A stretch of 64,000 nt of DNA from Leucoraja erinacea (GCF_028641065.1 NC_073400.1:5084001-5148000), one strand, 5' to 3'; positions 53,812 to 64,000 are shown, counted from the stretch's first letter. Numbers and translations are program-made. The notes: a model not told the origin generated them from the sequence alone.

Positions 53812-54172
53812 CGCCGCCCTGCCGGGCCCGGCCAGTACTGCAGCTCACAGGCGCCGCCCTGCCGGGCCCGGCCAGTACTGCAGCTCACAGGCGCCGCCCT
53901 GCCGGGCCCAGCCAGTACTGCAGCTCACAGGCGCCGCCCTGCCGGGCCCAGCCAGTACTGCAGCTCACAGGCGCCGCCCTGCCGGGCCCGGCCAGTACTG
54001 CAGCTCACAGGCGCCGCCCTGCCGGGCCCGGCCAGTACTGCAGCTCACAGGCGCCGCCCTGCCGGGCCCGGCCAGTACTGCAGCTCACAGGCGCCGCCCT
54101 GCCGGGCCCGGCCAGTACTACAGCCCCTCAGCGCCGCCCTGCCGGGCCCGGCCAGTACTGCAGTTCGCAGGC
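53812..54172. repeat. 40-bp minisatellite, ~9 copies (gccgggcccggccagtactgcagctcacaggcgccgccct)
   Basis: Exact 40-nt periodicity with few substitutions. Confidence 0.95.
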
Positions 54173-54529
54173 GAGAGAAACAATGAACTATGTAGGAAGG
54201 AACTGCAGATGCTGGTTTACACCAAAGATAGACAAAAATGCTGGAATAACTCAGCGCAATAGGCAGCATCTCTGGAGAGGAAAGGGTGATGTTTCTGGGT
54301 CGAGACCATGAGAGCAAATCTCGTTATAAAGTCAATTGTATCATTCGGGGAAAGGGGGTTAGGAGCTAGAGTTTCAACTCGCAATAACAAAGTAACCTTT
54401 CTTGCAGGATTCAAAATACATTTATTTTCAACACTGTGGAGTTTTGTTAGTGCATTTCCCAGGCTGTCCAGCAGCCCCGCCTCTCAAAGTACCCATCCAG
54501 CTATATCCCTTCCTCAGGCTTCATATTTC

Positions 54530-55035
54530 ACTCCTTTTCTTAGCTGACACTCTTTTGTATCCTTTTCATTTCTCGCCATGGACTCCCAGTCAGCTGAACT
54601 ACCCCTCCTTTCTCCCTGCCTCAAGTCCTTACCTTTCACGCCACCAACACATCAAGTCTCCGACATTTCTGCCATCAATGCAATCCCACCATCAGCCATA
54701 TTTTCCCATCCCTATCTACCCCTTTCTGCCTTCCAGAGACTGCTCCCTCCACAACTCCTTGGTTGACTCACCCTTCCCCACCCCTGCAATCACATGATAT
54801 GGAACACCTGTTCCGATATCCTCTCCCTCACATCCATTCAAGGACCCCAGCAGTTCTTCCAGGTGAGACAGAGGTTTACGTGCATCTCCTTTAACCTCAT
54901 CTACAACATTCGGTGCTCCTGTTGTGGCGTCCTTTACGTTGGGGAGACCAAAAGTAGACTAGGCAACGTTTCTGTTGTACACTTGCACTCAGTCCACTAA
55001 GACCTGCTAGATCTCCCAGTTGCTAAACATTTTAC
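54530..55035 (+). mobile_element. Penelope-like element, GIY-YIG endonuclease remnant
   Basis: FTCISFNLIYNIRCSCCGVLYVGETKSRLG. Confidence 0.85.
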
Positions 55036-55634
55036 TGCAAATTCAATAAAGGCCATGGCCCAAAAAAACAAAGAGAATAGCAATCCTTGCCGAGTGCCCT
55101 AAAGAATGTACAAGAATGCATGGAGGTTTGAAACTAAGAATAAAGGAAGAATGTTTCTTTCAGATTAAAGAAGGAAGTTTACTTTCTTTTCTACTTCTAC
55201 AATGTCCAAAGTCGATTTCTGTTTTGGTGTGGATCAGTAGCTTAGTAAGCAGCACTGGCACTTCTAGGTCAGAAGCTTGTAAGCTTGAGTCTTGCACTCT
55301 AAACTTGACCCCGTTAGGCATGAGAGAGTGCCGCACTTTTGGTGTGATGACTTTTCGATGTTGTTAATCCCTCAGCTGAGTGCTGCTGAATCTATGGCTC
55401 TGTCTAGAATCTACGACTACATGTTTTTCCCCAAAGTCCTGGCCAGTATTTATCCTTCAACTAAGATGACAGAAAAACCTTGCCTTGGCCTTTATCAAGG
55501 TGCCAAAGTGGGACCTGTATGCTGCATTACTAATTATACAACAGTAACTACATTTTAATGTGATGTGATGTGTAAAAGTCATGAAAGGTGCCAAATTTAA
55601 ACATTTATCTGCAACAGAGATGTAATGCTGAGGC

Positions 55635-55930
55635 TCTATAAGGCGCTGGTCAGGCTGCATTTGGAGTATTGTGAGCAAATTTGGGCCCCATAGCCGAGGA
55701 AAGGTGTGCTGGCTCTGGAGAGGGTCCAGAGGAGGTTTACAAGGATGATTCCAGGAATGAGTGGGTTAGCATATGATGAATGTTTGACGGCACTGGGACT
55801 ACACTTGCTGGAGTTTAGAAGGTTGAGGGGGAACCTCATTGAAACTTGTAGAATAATGAAAGGCATAGTTAGAGTGAATGTGGAAAGGATGTTTCCACTG
55901 GTGGGAGAGTCTAGGACCAGAGGTCATAGC
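55635..55930 (+). mobile_element. CR1 LINE fragment
   Basis: LALERVQRRFTRMIPGM. Confidence 0.85.
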
Positions 55931-56304
55931 CCCAATCTCTTTCTTGTATTTTGCAATTACATTTCAATAATAATAATAATAATACGAGACACAAAGTGCT
56001 GGAGTAACTCAGTGTAAAGCAGCATCTCTGGAGCCCTGTATGTGTGACTGTTTGGGTTGTACTCTTCCGCATAGACCCTTCTTCAATAATAAAACGTGGG
56101 TTCAATGACCAAGGAAAAAAACGTAACCTGATGAGATGAAACACAAAAGTGAAGCTGGTGTACTTTCCTTTTACACAGAATTCAACACAACCAGGCCCAC
56201 TATCGGTTTCTCAAATCCAGCTCTGACAATGTTTAAATAATTCCAATGGTGCTCCCATTCCACCCCCTAGTGGCTGCACGATGCAGTGTATGCACAGTTA
56301 AGAC

Positions 56305-56837
56305 CAGGAGTCACCAATCTTTTTCTGCATAGGGGTCAGGACCCATGTCTGTGAGTGGATGGCGGGCCACATATATAAATATTTATATAATTTGAGCAAT
56401 GATATGTCGACTGAATATTGCAGTTACTTTGAGACATTGGTATTGAAACTACCCTCACCCCTCTCTGTCCAAAACTTAATGCAGACCCTTTGTTACCCTC
56501 ACTTCCCCCTCCCTGTTCACTCTCTCTCCCCCCTCTCTCCTCCCCTTCCTGCCCCCTCCCCCTCTCCTCCACCTCCTCCCCCTCCCCACATCAGTAGAAC
56601 CGCGCCCACCGCTCCAACTAACCCTTTGCCCAGTTTGTGGGATTATATCAGTTCCGATTTGTTTTGTATCAGCAAACAGGATTGCTAGGAGCATTAAAGC
56701 AAGTCTTTATGTCGCTGGCCAACAGTATTAAACAGTCTAAAGAAGTCTAGATGATGGGAAAAAAATACGCCTGCGGGCCGGATGATTTCAGGTTACGGGA
56801 TGGATCCGTCTCGTAGGCCGCAGTTTGCCGACCCCTG
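56305..56837. mobile_element. Non-autonomous hAT (Charlie-type) MITE
   Basis: Termini CAGGAGTC...GACCCCTG; perfect 8-bp TSD GTTAAGAC (56297-56304 and 56838-56845). Confidence 0.9.
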
Positions 56838-58750
56838 GTTAAGACATTAGTTCAATGATTCTTTATTATCACGTACCAAGGAACAGTGAAATTATTTTAT
56901 TGCATATAAAAGTAAATAATTACCATACATAACTACAACCCCACATTAAATGCAAAATGTAAAGAAATAGCCCACTGAGGCCATATGCAAGAGGCGCCTG
57001 TTCATGGCGCCATTTTTAAAGTGCAAGTTTAATATATGCAGAAGATCTACCTTCCACCACAACCCTCTCTCTACAAGGCAGATCTGAATCCATTGTGGTG
57101 ACTGGGATGATGCCAGGTTGACAATGACCACACCGACACTCGCGGTTGGGTGAACTTGTGTAATATGGTTTATTTATAGTGACAACAAATTCAATTCTTG
57201 GGGCACTTGTCCCTTGTCTACAGCACGTGAGGAGGTACTGGCCATCTTGGGCTTGTCTCACTAATTCAGTCTTGGTCTCGAAGGAGGAGGCACTGTCGAT
57301 CTCAGACTTACTCCTGCAGTTTTCCTCGAGAGGAGATGCTGGTGGTCGCAGGCTTCCCCGTGGCAGCTCAACTTTGGGCTTGAAGAAGGAAGTGCGGCAA
57401 TCTCAGGCTTACCATGCATTTCACCCTTGCCTTGAGAGGCAGCACTGGGCTTCTCAATCTTAACCCATGGCTCAGTCTTTGCCTCTGTTTATGGTTGCAG
57501 TCCCTCATTGTCTGTGGGCAGGTAAGAGACACCGGCGGTCTCAGGCATGCCCTGACCACTCAGTTTTAGCCTCAGTGCAGGTGCTGGCTGTCTAGGGCTT
57601 CTCCCTGCAGCTCAGTCCTGACCACTAAACGGTGGTGCTGGTGGACTTGGGTTTGTCCCAGCGGCTCAGTCTTCCTCCCGACCTGCAACCGGGGGGCACA
57701 GCAAGTAGGGGGGCATTTAAAATGTTAAGAGGAAGAAAGCTAGAACAATCTTATAATGAGAGCCAGATAATTCATCATTAGTTAGCAGTATATTGGAGCA
57801 AGCCTAAACTTTATTCTCCAGCAGACCTGTTTATTTCAGTCAGTATTACTTCAAATTTGATTATTCTACAAGGATTATTGTAGTGCCAGAGCAGAGCTCT
57901 ATCCAGAATTCATGTTGGATTATCCTATCATGCGCTTCATCATCTTCACTTTAAATTATTTCAGCAATAATATATTTTCTTGCAAGTCTACCCCAAAAGA
58001 TATTCAACTAAAACAGTTCATCAGTCCTTAATCTCTCAACCTCTGGAAAGTAAAAAAAAATGGTGTTAAAAATTTCAAGAGCAAAGGACTTCAGCAAAGA
58101 ATGAAAGAACGTTGTAGGAGCTATGACTCCGTAGCTGGAGTAATTCAGCCTGTTGTATAGTGACGTTCACAATTAATAAAGTCATTCCTTCCATCACAAA
58201 GTCAAAAGTGGGAATGTTTATAGTTGTTTGCAGTGAAGCCGATCTATCCCAGCTTATAAAGGGAGGCAAGAGAGGAGATCGGGGAGGCCTTGATGAGGAT
58301 CAAAGCGTTGTAGTCAAAGGATGTTTGTTACTTTTAGCAATTAATTAATACTTCCATTAAAATAAAATCACATTTTGGCAGTTTCATATCAGGAATACCA
58401 CATTTTTAAAGGTTATGTCCCTCTGACATGACATGACTAAACAGGTAAACTCGTGTACTTTACACCGTATTCACCTGCTGACTTATTATCCAGGATTCAC
58501 ACACTTGTGAGTAATTGAGTATTCCTGCCATCATGCAGAAGATACAGAAGCTTGGAAGCACGCGCCACAAGATTCAGAAACATCTTCTTCTCCTCTGCTA
58601 TCAGGCTTCTGAACAGTCCTTCCAAAAGCTAGCGAACTGTCGGATTCATTGTGGATATTGGACTTTGGCTCTGGAATTGATGCACTAAAATGCTATATTC
58701 TGCACTCTTATTTTTTCCTTTGCTCGTTCTATTGTACTTGAGTTTGTCTT

Positions 58751-58804
58751 GGGGTGGGAGATTGCAACCTTCACGTGGTCTGCCCTGTTTCGACAAATGC
58801 AATC
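58751..58804 (+). ncRNA. Minimal HDV/CPEB3-like self-cleaving ribozyme fold, intact core
   Basis: P1 GGGGUGG/CUGCCCU, P2 GAUUGCA/UGCAAUC, P3 ACC/GGU, L3 UUCACGU, GU-UUCG-A, J4/2 CAAA (putative catalytic C58794). Confidence 0.85.
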
Positions 58805-58886
58805 AACCTGGTGTGCTCAATCAAATAAGATCAAGTAGAACAAGTTGTCCTACAACTTTAGGCTGTGCACGCCATACGCAAAAATA
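58751..58886 (+). mobile_element. Ribozyme-headed short retroposon, copy 3
   Basis: TSD agtttgtctt (58741-58750) / agttgtctt (58887-58895); eroded tail. Confidence 0.85.
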
Positions 58887-58955
58887 AGTTGTCTTGATTA
58901 TATCTATGTATAGAATTGTCTGATTTGATTGGATAGTATGCAATAAAACACATTT

Positions 58956-60216
58956 TTTGCATAAGTATTCAGACCCTTTACTCAGTACTTTGTTGAGGCA
59001 CCTTTGGCAGCGATTACAGCCTCAAGTCTTCTTGGGGATGACGTTACAAACTTGGCACACCTGTATTTGGGTAATTTCTCCCATTCTTCTCTGCAGATCC
59101 TCAAGCTCTAGGTTGGATGGGGAGCGTCGATGCACAGCTATTTTCAGGTTCCTCCAGAGATATTCGATCGGGTTCAAGTCCGGGCTCTGGCTGGGCCACT
59201 CAAGGACATTCACAGGCTTGTCACAAAGCTACTGCGTTGTCTTGGCTGTGTGCTTAGGGTCGTTGTCCTGTTGGAAGGCGAACCTCTGCCCCAGTCTGAG
59301 GTCCAGAACGCTCTGGAGCAGGTTTTCATCAAGGATCTCTCTGTACTTTGCTCCGTTCATCTTTCCCTCGATCTTGACTAGTCTCCCAGTTCCTACTGCT
59401 GAAAAACATCCCCACAGCAGGATGCTGCCACCACCATGCTTCACTGTAGGTTTGGTATTGGCCAGAGGATGAGCAGTGCCTGGTTTTCTCCAGTTGTGAT
59501 GCTTGACATTCAGGACAAAGAGTTCAATCTTGGTTTAATCAGCCCAGGGAATCTTGTTTCTCATGGTCTGAGAGTGCTTTAGGTGCCTTTTGGCAAACTC
59601 CAAGCGGGCTGTCATGTGCCTTTACTGAGGAGTGTCTTCCGTCTGGCCACTCTACCATAAAGGCCTGATTGGCGGAGTGCTGCAGATACAGTTGTCCTTC
59701 TGGAAGGTTTTCCCATCTCCACAGAGGAACTCTGGAGCTCTGTCAGAGTGACCATCAGGTTCTTGGTCACCTCCCTGATCAAGGCCCTCTCCCCCGATTA
59801 CTCAGTTTGGCCGGGCGGCCAGCTCTACGAAGAAACCTGGTGGTTTCAAAGTTCTTCCATTTAAGAATGACGGTGGCCAATATGCTCTTCGGGACCTGCA
59901 ATGCTGCGGAAATTGTTTCATACCATTCCCCAGATCTGTCTCAACACAATCCTGTTTTGGAGGTCTACGGACAATTTTGCTCCATTTTCAGTGTCATCGC
60001 AAAGGGTCTGAATACTCAAGTATATGTGATATTTCAGTTATTTATTTTTAATTACTTTGCAAACATTTCTAAACACCTGTTTTTGCTTCTTCATTCTGTG
60101 GTATTGTGCGTAGAAAGAAGATTAAAAAAAAAGAATTTAATCCATTTTAAAATAAGGCTGTAACGTAACAAAATGTGGAAAGGGTAAAGGGGTCTGAATA
60201 CTTTCTGAATGCACTG
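58956..60216 (-). mobile_element. Tc1-like element (second family), degraded
   Basis: [38 protein letters not shown] motifs; terminus ...gaatgcactg followed by TA; repeated gtattcagaccc motifs. Confidence 0.92.
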
Positions 60217-60634
60217 TACCTGTCCAGGTGTCTTTTAAATGTCATACCTGCACCTCCTCTACCACTTCCTTCAGCAGTTTTGTTCCCCATCTATGCAGCA
60301 CCTTTTGTGTGAAAACAGGGCCACTCGGATTACTTTTAAATCTTTCTCCTCTTGTCCTAATCCAATGCCCTCCAGATTTTCACTCCTACCCTGGGAAAAA
60401 ATATGGTAGTTATTCACCTTATCGATGTTCCTCATGATTTCATATACCTCCCCTTCATCCTCTCTAGCTCCAGGGAAAAAAGAATCCCACCAATCTAGTA
60501 ACTCAAAATTTCCACCTCCAGTAACATCCTCATGAATATTTTTTGCACCATTTCCATTTTAATGACATCCTGCCTACTACAAGGTGATCAGATTCTACAT
60601 AGTACTCCAAGTGTGGCAAAACCACGTTTTGTGT

Positions 60635-61210
60635 AAAGAGCAACAGAGATGGTTGAAAGGGTCAAGAGCTTCAAATTCCTGGGCGTGCACATCTCTGAAG
60701 ATCTTTCCTGGTCCGAGAACACTAATGCAATTATCAAGAAAGCTCATCAGCGCCTCTACTTCCTGAGAAGATTACGGAGAGTCAGTTTGTCAAGGAGGAC
60801 TCTAACTTCTACAGGCGCACAGTAGAGAGCATGCTGACCGGTTGCATCGTGGCTTGGTTCGGCAACTTGAGCGCCCTGGAAGTGAAAAGACTACAAAAAG
60901 TAGTAAATACTGCCCAGTCCATCATCGGCTCTGACCTTCCTTCCATCGAGGGGATTTATCGCAGTCACTGCCTCAAAAAAGCTGGCAGTATCATCAAAGA
61001 CCCACACCACCCTGGCCACACATTCAACTTCCTGTTATTTTCAGGTAGAAGGTACAGGAGCCTGAAGACTGCAACAACCAGGTTCAGGAATAACTACTTC
61101 CCCACAGCCATCAGGCTATTAAACCTGGCTCGGACAAAACTTTGATTATTAATAACCAATTATGTTATTTGCACTTTATCATTTTATTTATTCATGTGTG
61201 TATATATTTA
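60635..61210 (+). mobile_element. Rex1/Babar-type LINE 3' fragment
   Basis: FKFLGVHISEDLSW, ESMLTGCIVAWFGN, KDPHHPGH, RFRNNYFPTAIRLLN. Confidence 0.85.
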
Positions 61211-61215
61211 TATTA

Positions 61216-61715
61216 CAGTATCTCTAATGTAGTGACAGTCTGTACGATGTCTCAAGGCTTTATCTCTCAATAGTCACTTTAATTGATGACCGTGGATCGG
61301 CAGGTAATCTATATGCACCCACGAGCTCCCCACGAGACATTCAATACCGTCAAAAGATGAATATTCCAGAAACAGACTTGATTAATAGTTTCTTTATCGA
61401 AGTACAAAGCAATAAAATGATTCATCAAAGCTTCTTCTTGTATGAGTGTGTTTCAATCATACTCATGCTTGTGCATGATCGAAAACTATGTATCTCTCCC
61501 CCGATCTTCATCAAACTAAACTAAACTAAACTAAACTAAACTAAACTAAACTAAACTGCTTGGGAGCCTGTGCCAAAATCCTAGCCACAAACCACGCCCC
61601 AGATTATGTGAAAATCCCACCCACATAATTGCAGGCAGATAAAAATTTAAAGGTAACTAGTTATAATTATAATATACTGATAAGCTAAATGGCTACTACA
61701 TAACGGAGGGCACTG
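61216..61715. mobile_element. Probable Tc1/mariner-type MITE containing a (CTAAA)n microsatellite
   Basis: TA|CAGT...ACTG|TA with imperfect TIRs (cagtatctctaatgtagt vs cagtgccctccgttatgtagt). Confidence 0.5.
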
Positions 61716-61939
61716 TAAATGAGTATGTAGAGTTGTAGAGAGCTGGCCACCGTCTGGATCGGGCACCTTTCCACACCCAGATACATCTTTTAACCATTTC
61801 CAGTGTTTAATGTTGTTGGGTGAATATCAGTTAGAGAAGGCAGACTCGAGGTTTGAAAACGATATCTGTTGAAACGTAGCACCGTTTGGGCATCTTCACT
61901 CTGACTCTATGGGCATCTTCATTAAGATATATTAAAGCA

Positions 61940-62520
61940 GAGATACTGCCTGTCCCGCTAAGTTACAGCAGCATTTAGTGTCCGTCCACATTCCAGCTGT
62001 CAAAGAGTGTAAGTGAAATGTGTAAGTGAAATGTAGGAAGTAACTGCAAGATGCTGGTTCACTCCGAAGACGGACACAAAATGCTGGAGTAAACACTTTA
62101 ACTCCCACTCCCATTCCCACACTGACCGTTCTATCCTGGGCCTCATCCGTTGTCAGAATGAGGCCCAGCACAAATTGGAGGAGCAGCACCTCATATTTCG
62201 CTTGGGCAGCTTACACCCCAGCGATATGAACAATGACTTCTACAACTTCCCTGTCTCTCCATCCCTCCCCCTTCCTCCTTCTTCGACCAGTCTGACTGTC
62301 CCTCAGTTTACATTTTATCCTTGTTTGCTTCAATGTCACCTTTTCCGAGCTAACTAACAATGATCTATTCTACATTTTGCACCCCATTTGATGTCTCGTT
62401 TTCACACCTTACCCTTCCATATCTCTGCGCCTACCTACCTGTCCCCTGACTCTCAGTCTGAAGAAGGGTCTGGGCCCGACACGACCCCATTGCTTCCTTC
62501 TCTCCACAGATGCTGCGTGA
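61940..62520 (+). mobile_element. Penelope-like element 3' end with short inverted segment, abutting the ST7L exon
   Basis: EEQHLIFRLGSLHPSDMNNDF; ctgaagaagggtc at 62458. Confidence 0.8.
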
Positions 62521-62599
62521 CTCCAACATGCTGTGTCTCCCGCTGCCCGGTGGAGGACTCCTCCTGTATCCCACAATCCTCCAGGCGTGCCGGACAAAC

Positions 62600-62753
62600 A
62601 TGGCGGAGGGGGGCCCGGCGGGGTTCGTTGAGCGGCTGAAGCGATGTGTCAGTTGGTCGTGGACCTACCTGTGGGCGCTCTGGTTCGTCCTGGTGCTGGG
62701 CCTCCTCTACATCCTGCGGGCACCGCTCAAGCTGCAGGAGAACCTCAGCGCAG
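62600..62753 (+). CDS. ST7L: ST7-family (suppression of tumorigenicity 7-like) first coding exon; gene continues beyond the window
   Basis: [51 protein letters not shown], phase-1 donor G|GTAAG; homologous to the ST7/ST7L N-terminal transmembrane segment; ST7L rather than ST7 inferred from divergent orientation to CAPZA. Confidence 0.88.
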
Positions 62754-62949
62754 GTAAGCGGCTGATAGACCTCCCCCCCTCTGCCGCCGCGTCCCCTCCG
62801 GGCAGCTCCAGCACCAGCACCGGCCCCTCTCCCTCTCCCTCTCCTTCCTTCCCTCCCTCCCTCTCTCCAGCTGGTGGTGGCGCTGGGTACCGGCCTCTCC
62901 CAGCCGAGCGGCTGACAGTCTCGTCTAACCCACCCCGGCAATCCTGGCA

Positions 62950-63660
62950 AGCAATGACACACCGGGACATGTACTGACACACACTCCAGCACCTGGGCAT
63001 GAAATGGCACACACTTCGGGATCTGGGGATGTACTGACATACTCCAGGTCTTGGGCATTAGGTTATACACTAATATACAGTCCAGGATCAGGGCATGTAC
63101 TTGCACACACTCCAGCTCCGTGTATGTCCTGACACACACACACACTGGGATCTGGGTACCTACTGACACACTCTAGGATCTGGGCATGTACTGGACTTAC
63201 ACACTCCACGACCTGAGCCTACACTGACACACACTTCAGAACCGGGCAATGTACTGACACACACTCCAGGACCTGGGCAGCCATGATACATGCTGCCGCT
63301 ATGATCTGCGCATGCAATAGCACTCTTTGGTATCTGAGCGGGCACCGACATACTAGCATCTTAGCAAGCATTGGCACTTAACTGGGATGTAGGGATACAC
63401 CAGTATATGCTATCAGTTGGATCTGGGCATTGCTGTCACTGGGATGTGGGTAGACACTGAGATCTGTGCGCACAGCATCACTGGAATCTGGGTTCATGCT
63501 GCTATTGGGATCTGAGTAGACATAGGCATTACCCTCTCACTGGCACATACTCTCTCCCTGGGATCTGGGCAGGCAGTGATACATGCTGTCACTGGGATCT
63601 GGGCATATATTATCACTGGAGTTCGGCCATATGCTGTATAAGGATCTGAACAGGCACTAG
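62950..63660. repeat. Degenerate ~30-bp tandem repeat (actgacacacactccaggatctgggcatgt-like) at the start of ST7L intron 1
   Basis: Recurrent ggatctgggca / actgacacacact motifs. Confidence 0.7.
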
Positions 63661-64000
63661 CATCATAGTGTCATTGGAAGAAAGCGGAACAATGGACATG
63701 TCAATATAAAGGCCCGAGCACACACAACTCAACATAGTATAAACTCACATGGCACACATTGTCATTGTAGTATAGTTATAACATAGACTAAATTAAGCAA
63801 AACACTGGTTCACTTACTCAATGCATGGGGATGGATGATTACTTTACCACGCAGTCTTTACCACGTGTCTCAAGAGTTGCATGATGCAATGGGCAAGTGG
63901 GTAGCTTTGGACAGTGGTGCACACCTGTTATTTATGCGGTGTTTCTGTGTGTTCCCAAAAGATGAACTTGGGATTGTCAGAGTTACACAGCGTGGAAACA

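Larger units (their letters stand above)
53090..54175. promoter_or_regulatory. CpG island / CAPZA promoter
   Basis: Very high GC and CpG; ETS-type GGAAGT sites near 53098-53123; YY1-type AAGATGGCGG at both ATGs; ZNF143-type TCCCAGCATGC (minus) near 53636-53646 and 53788-53798. Confidence 0.8.

Noticed and set aside
53812-54172. Regularly spaced palindromic repeats resembling a CRISPR array
   Set aside because: Contiguous identical units with no unique spacers, no cas genes, and a vertebrate context.
53063-54311. Long Pro/Ala/Arg-rich ORFs (154-297 aa) on both strands
   Set aside because: They arise from stop-poor GC-rich tandem repeats; only the 39-nt CAPZA exon 1 has recognisable homology.
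62754-62977. Continuation of ORF 62510..62977 as ST7L coding sequence
   Set aside because: Homology ends at a consensus GTAAG donor at 62754; the remainder is low-complexity intron.

Overview
Eukaryotic (vertebrate) DNA, most likely a cartilaginous fish (skate/ray-like repeat landscape: HE1/V-SINEs, CR1 LINEs, Penelope-like elements, Rex1/Babar, Tc1, hAT, Helitron). The window holds a complete 10-exon F-actin capping protein alpha gene on the minus strand (CDS 53603->15822, 861 nt, 286 aa, all introns GT-AG) and, head-to-head with it, the first coding exon of an ST7-family gene (62600-62753, +). That divergent arrangement matches CAPZA1/ST7L. Most other ORFs in the track are transposon debris. 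The top finding is a ~140-bp retroposon present three times (2718-2853 -, 33329-33467 -, 58751-58886 +), each copy with a target-site duplication. Its exact 5' end is a minimal 54-nt HDV/CPEB3-like self-cleaving ribozyme fold, followed by a 3' hairpin and a (GAA)n tail. Other notable items: Penelope-derived repeats carrying hammerhead-like cores, a tandem duplication of CAPZA exon 1, a 40-bp promoter minisatellite, and a candidate antisense first exon that could splice in frame to ST7L. Transposon boundaries are read by eye and are approximate unless TSD/TIR positions are given.
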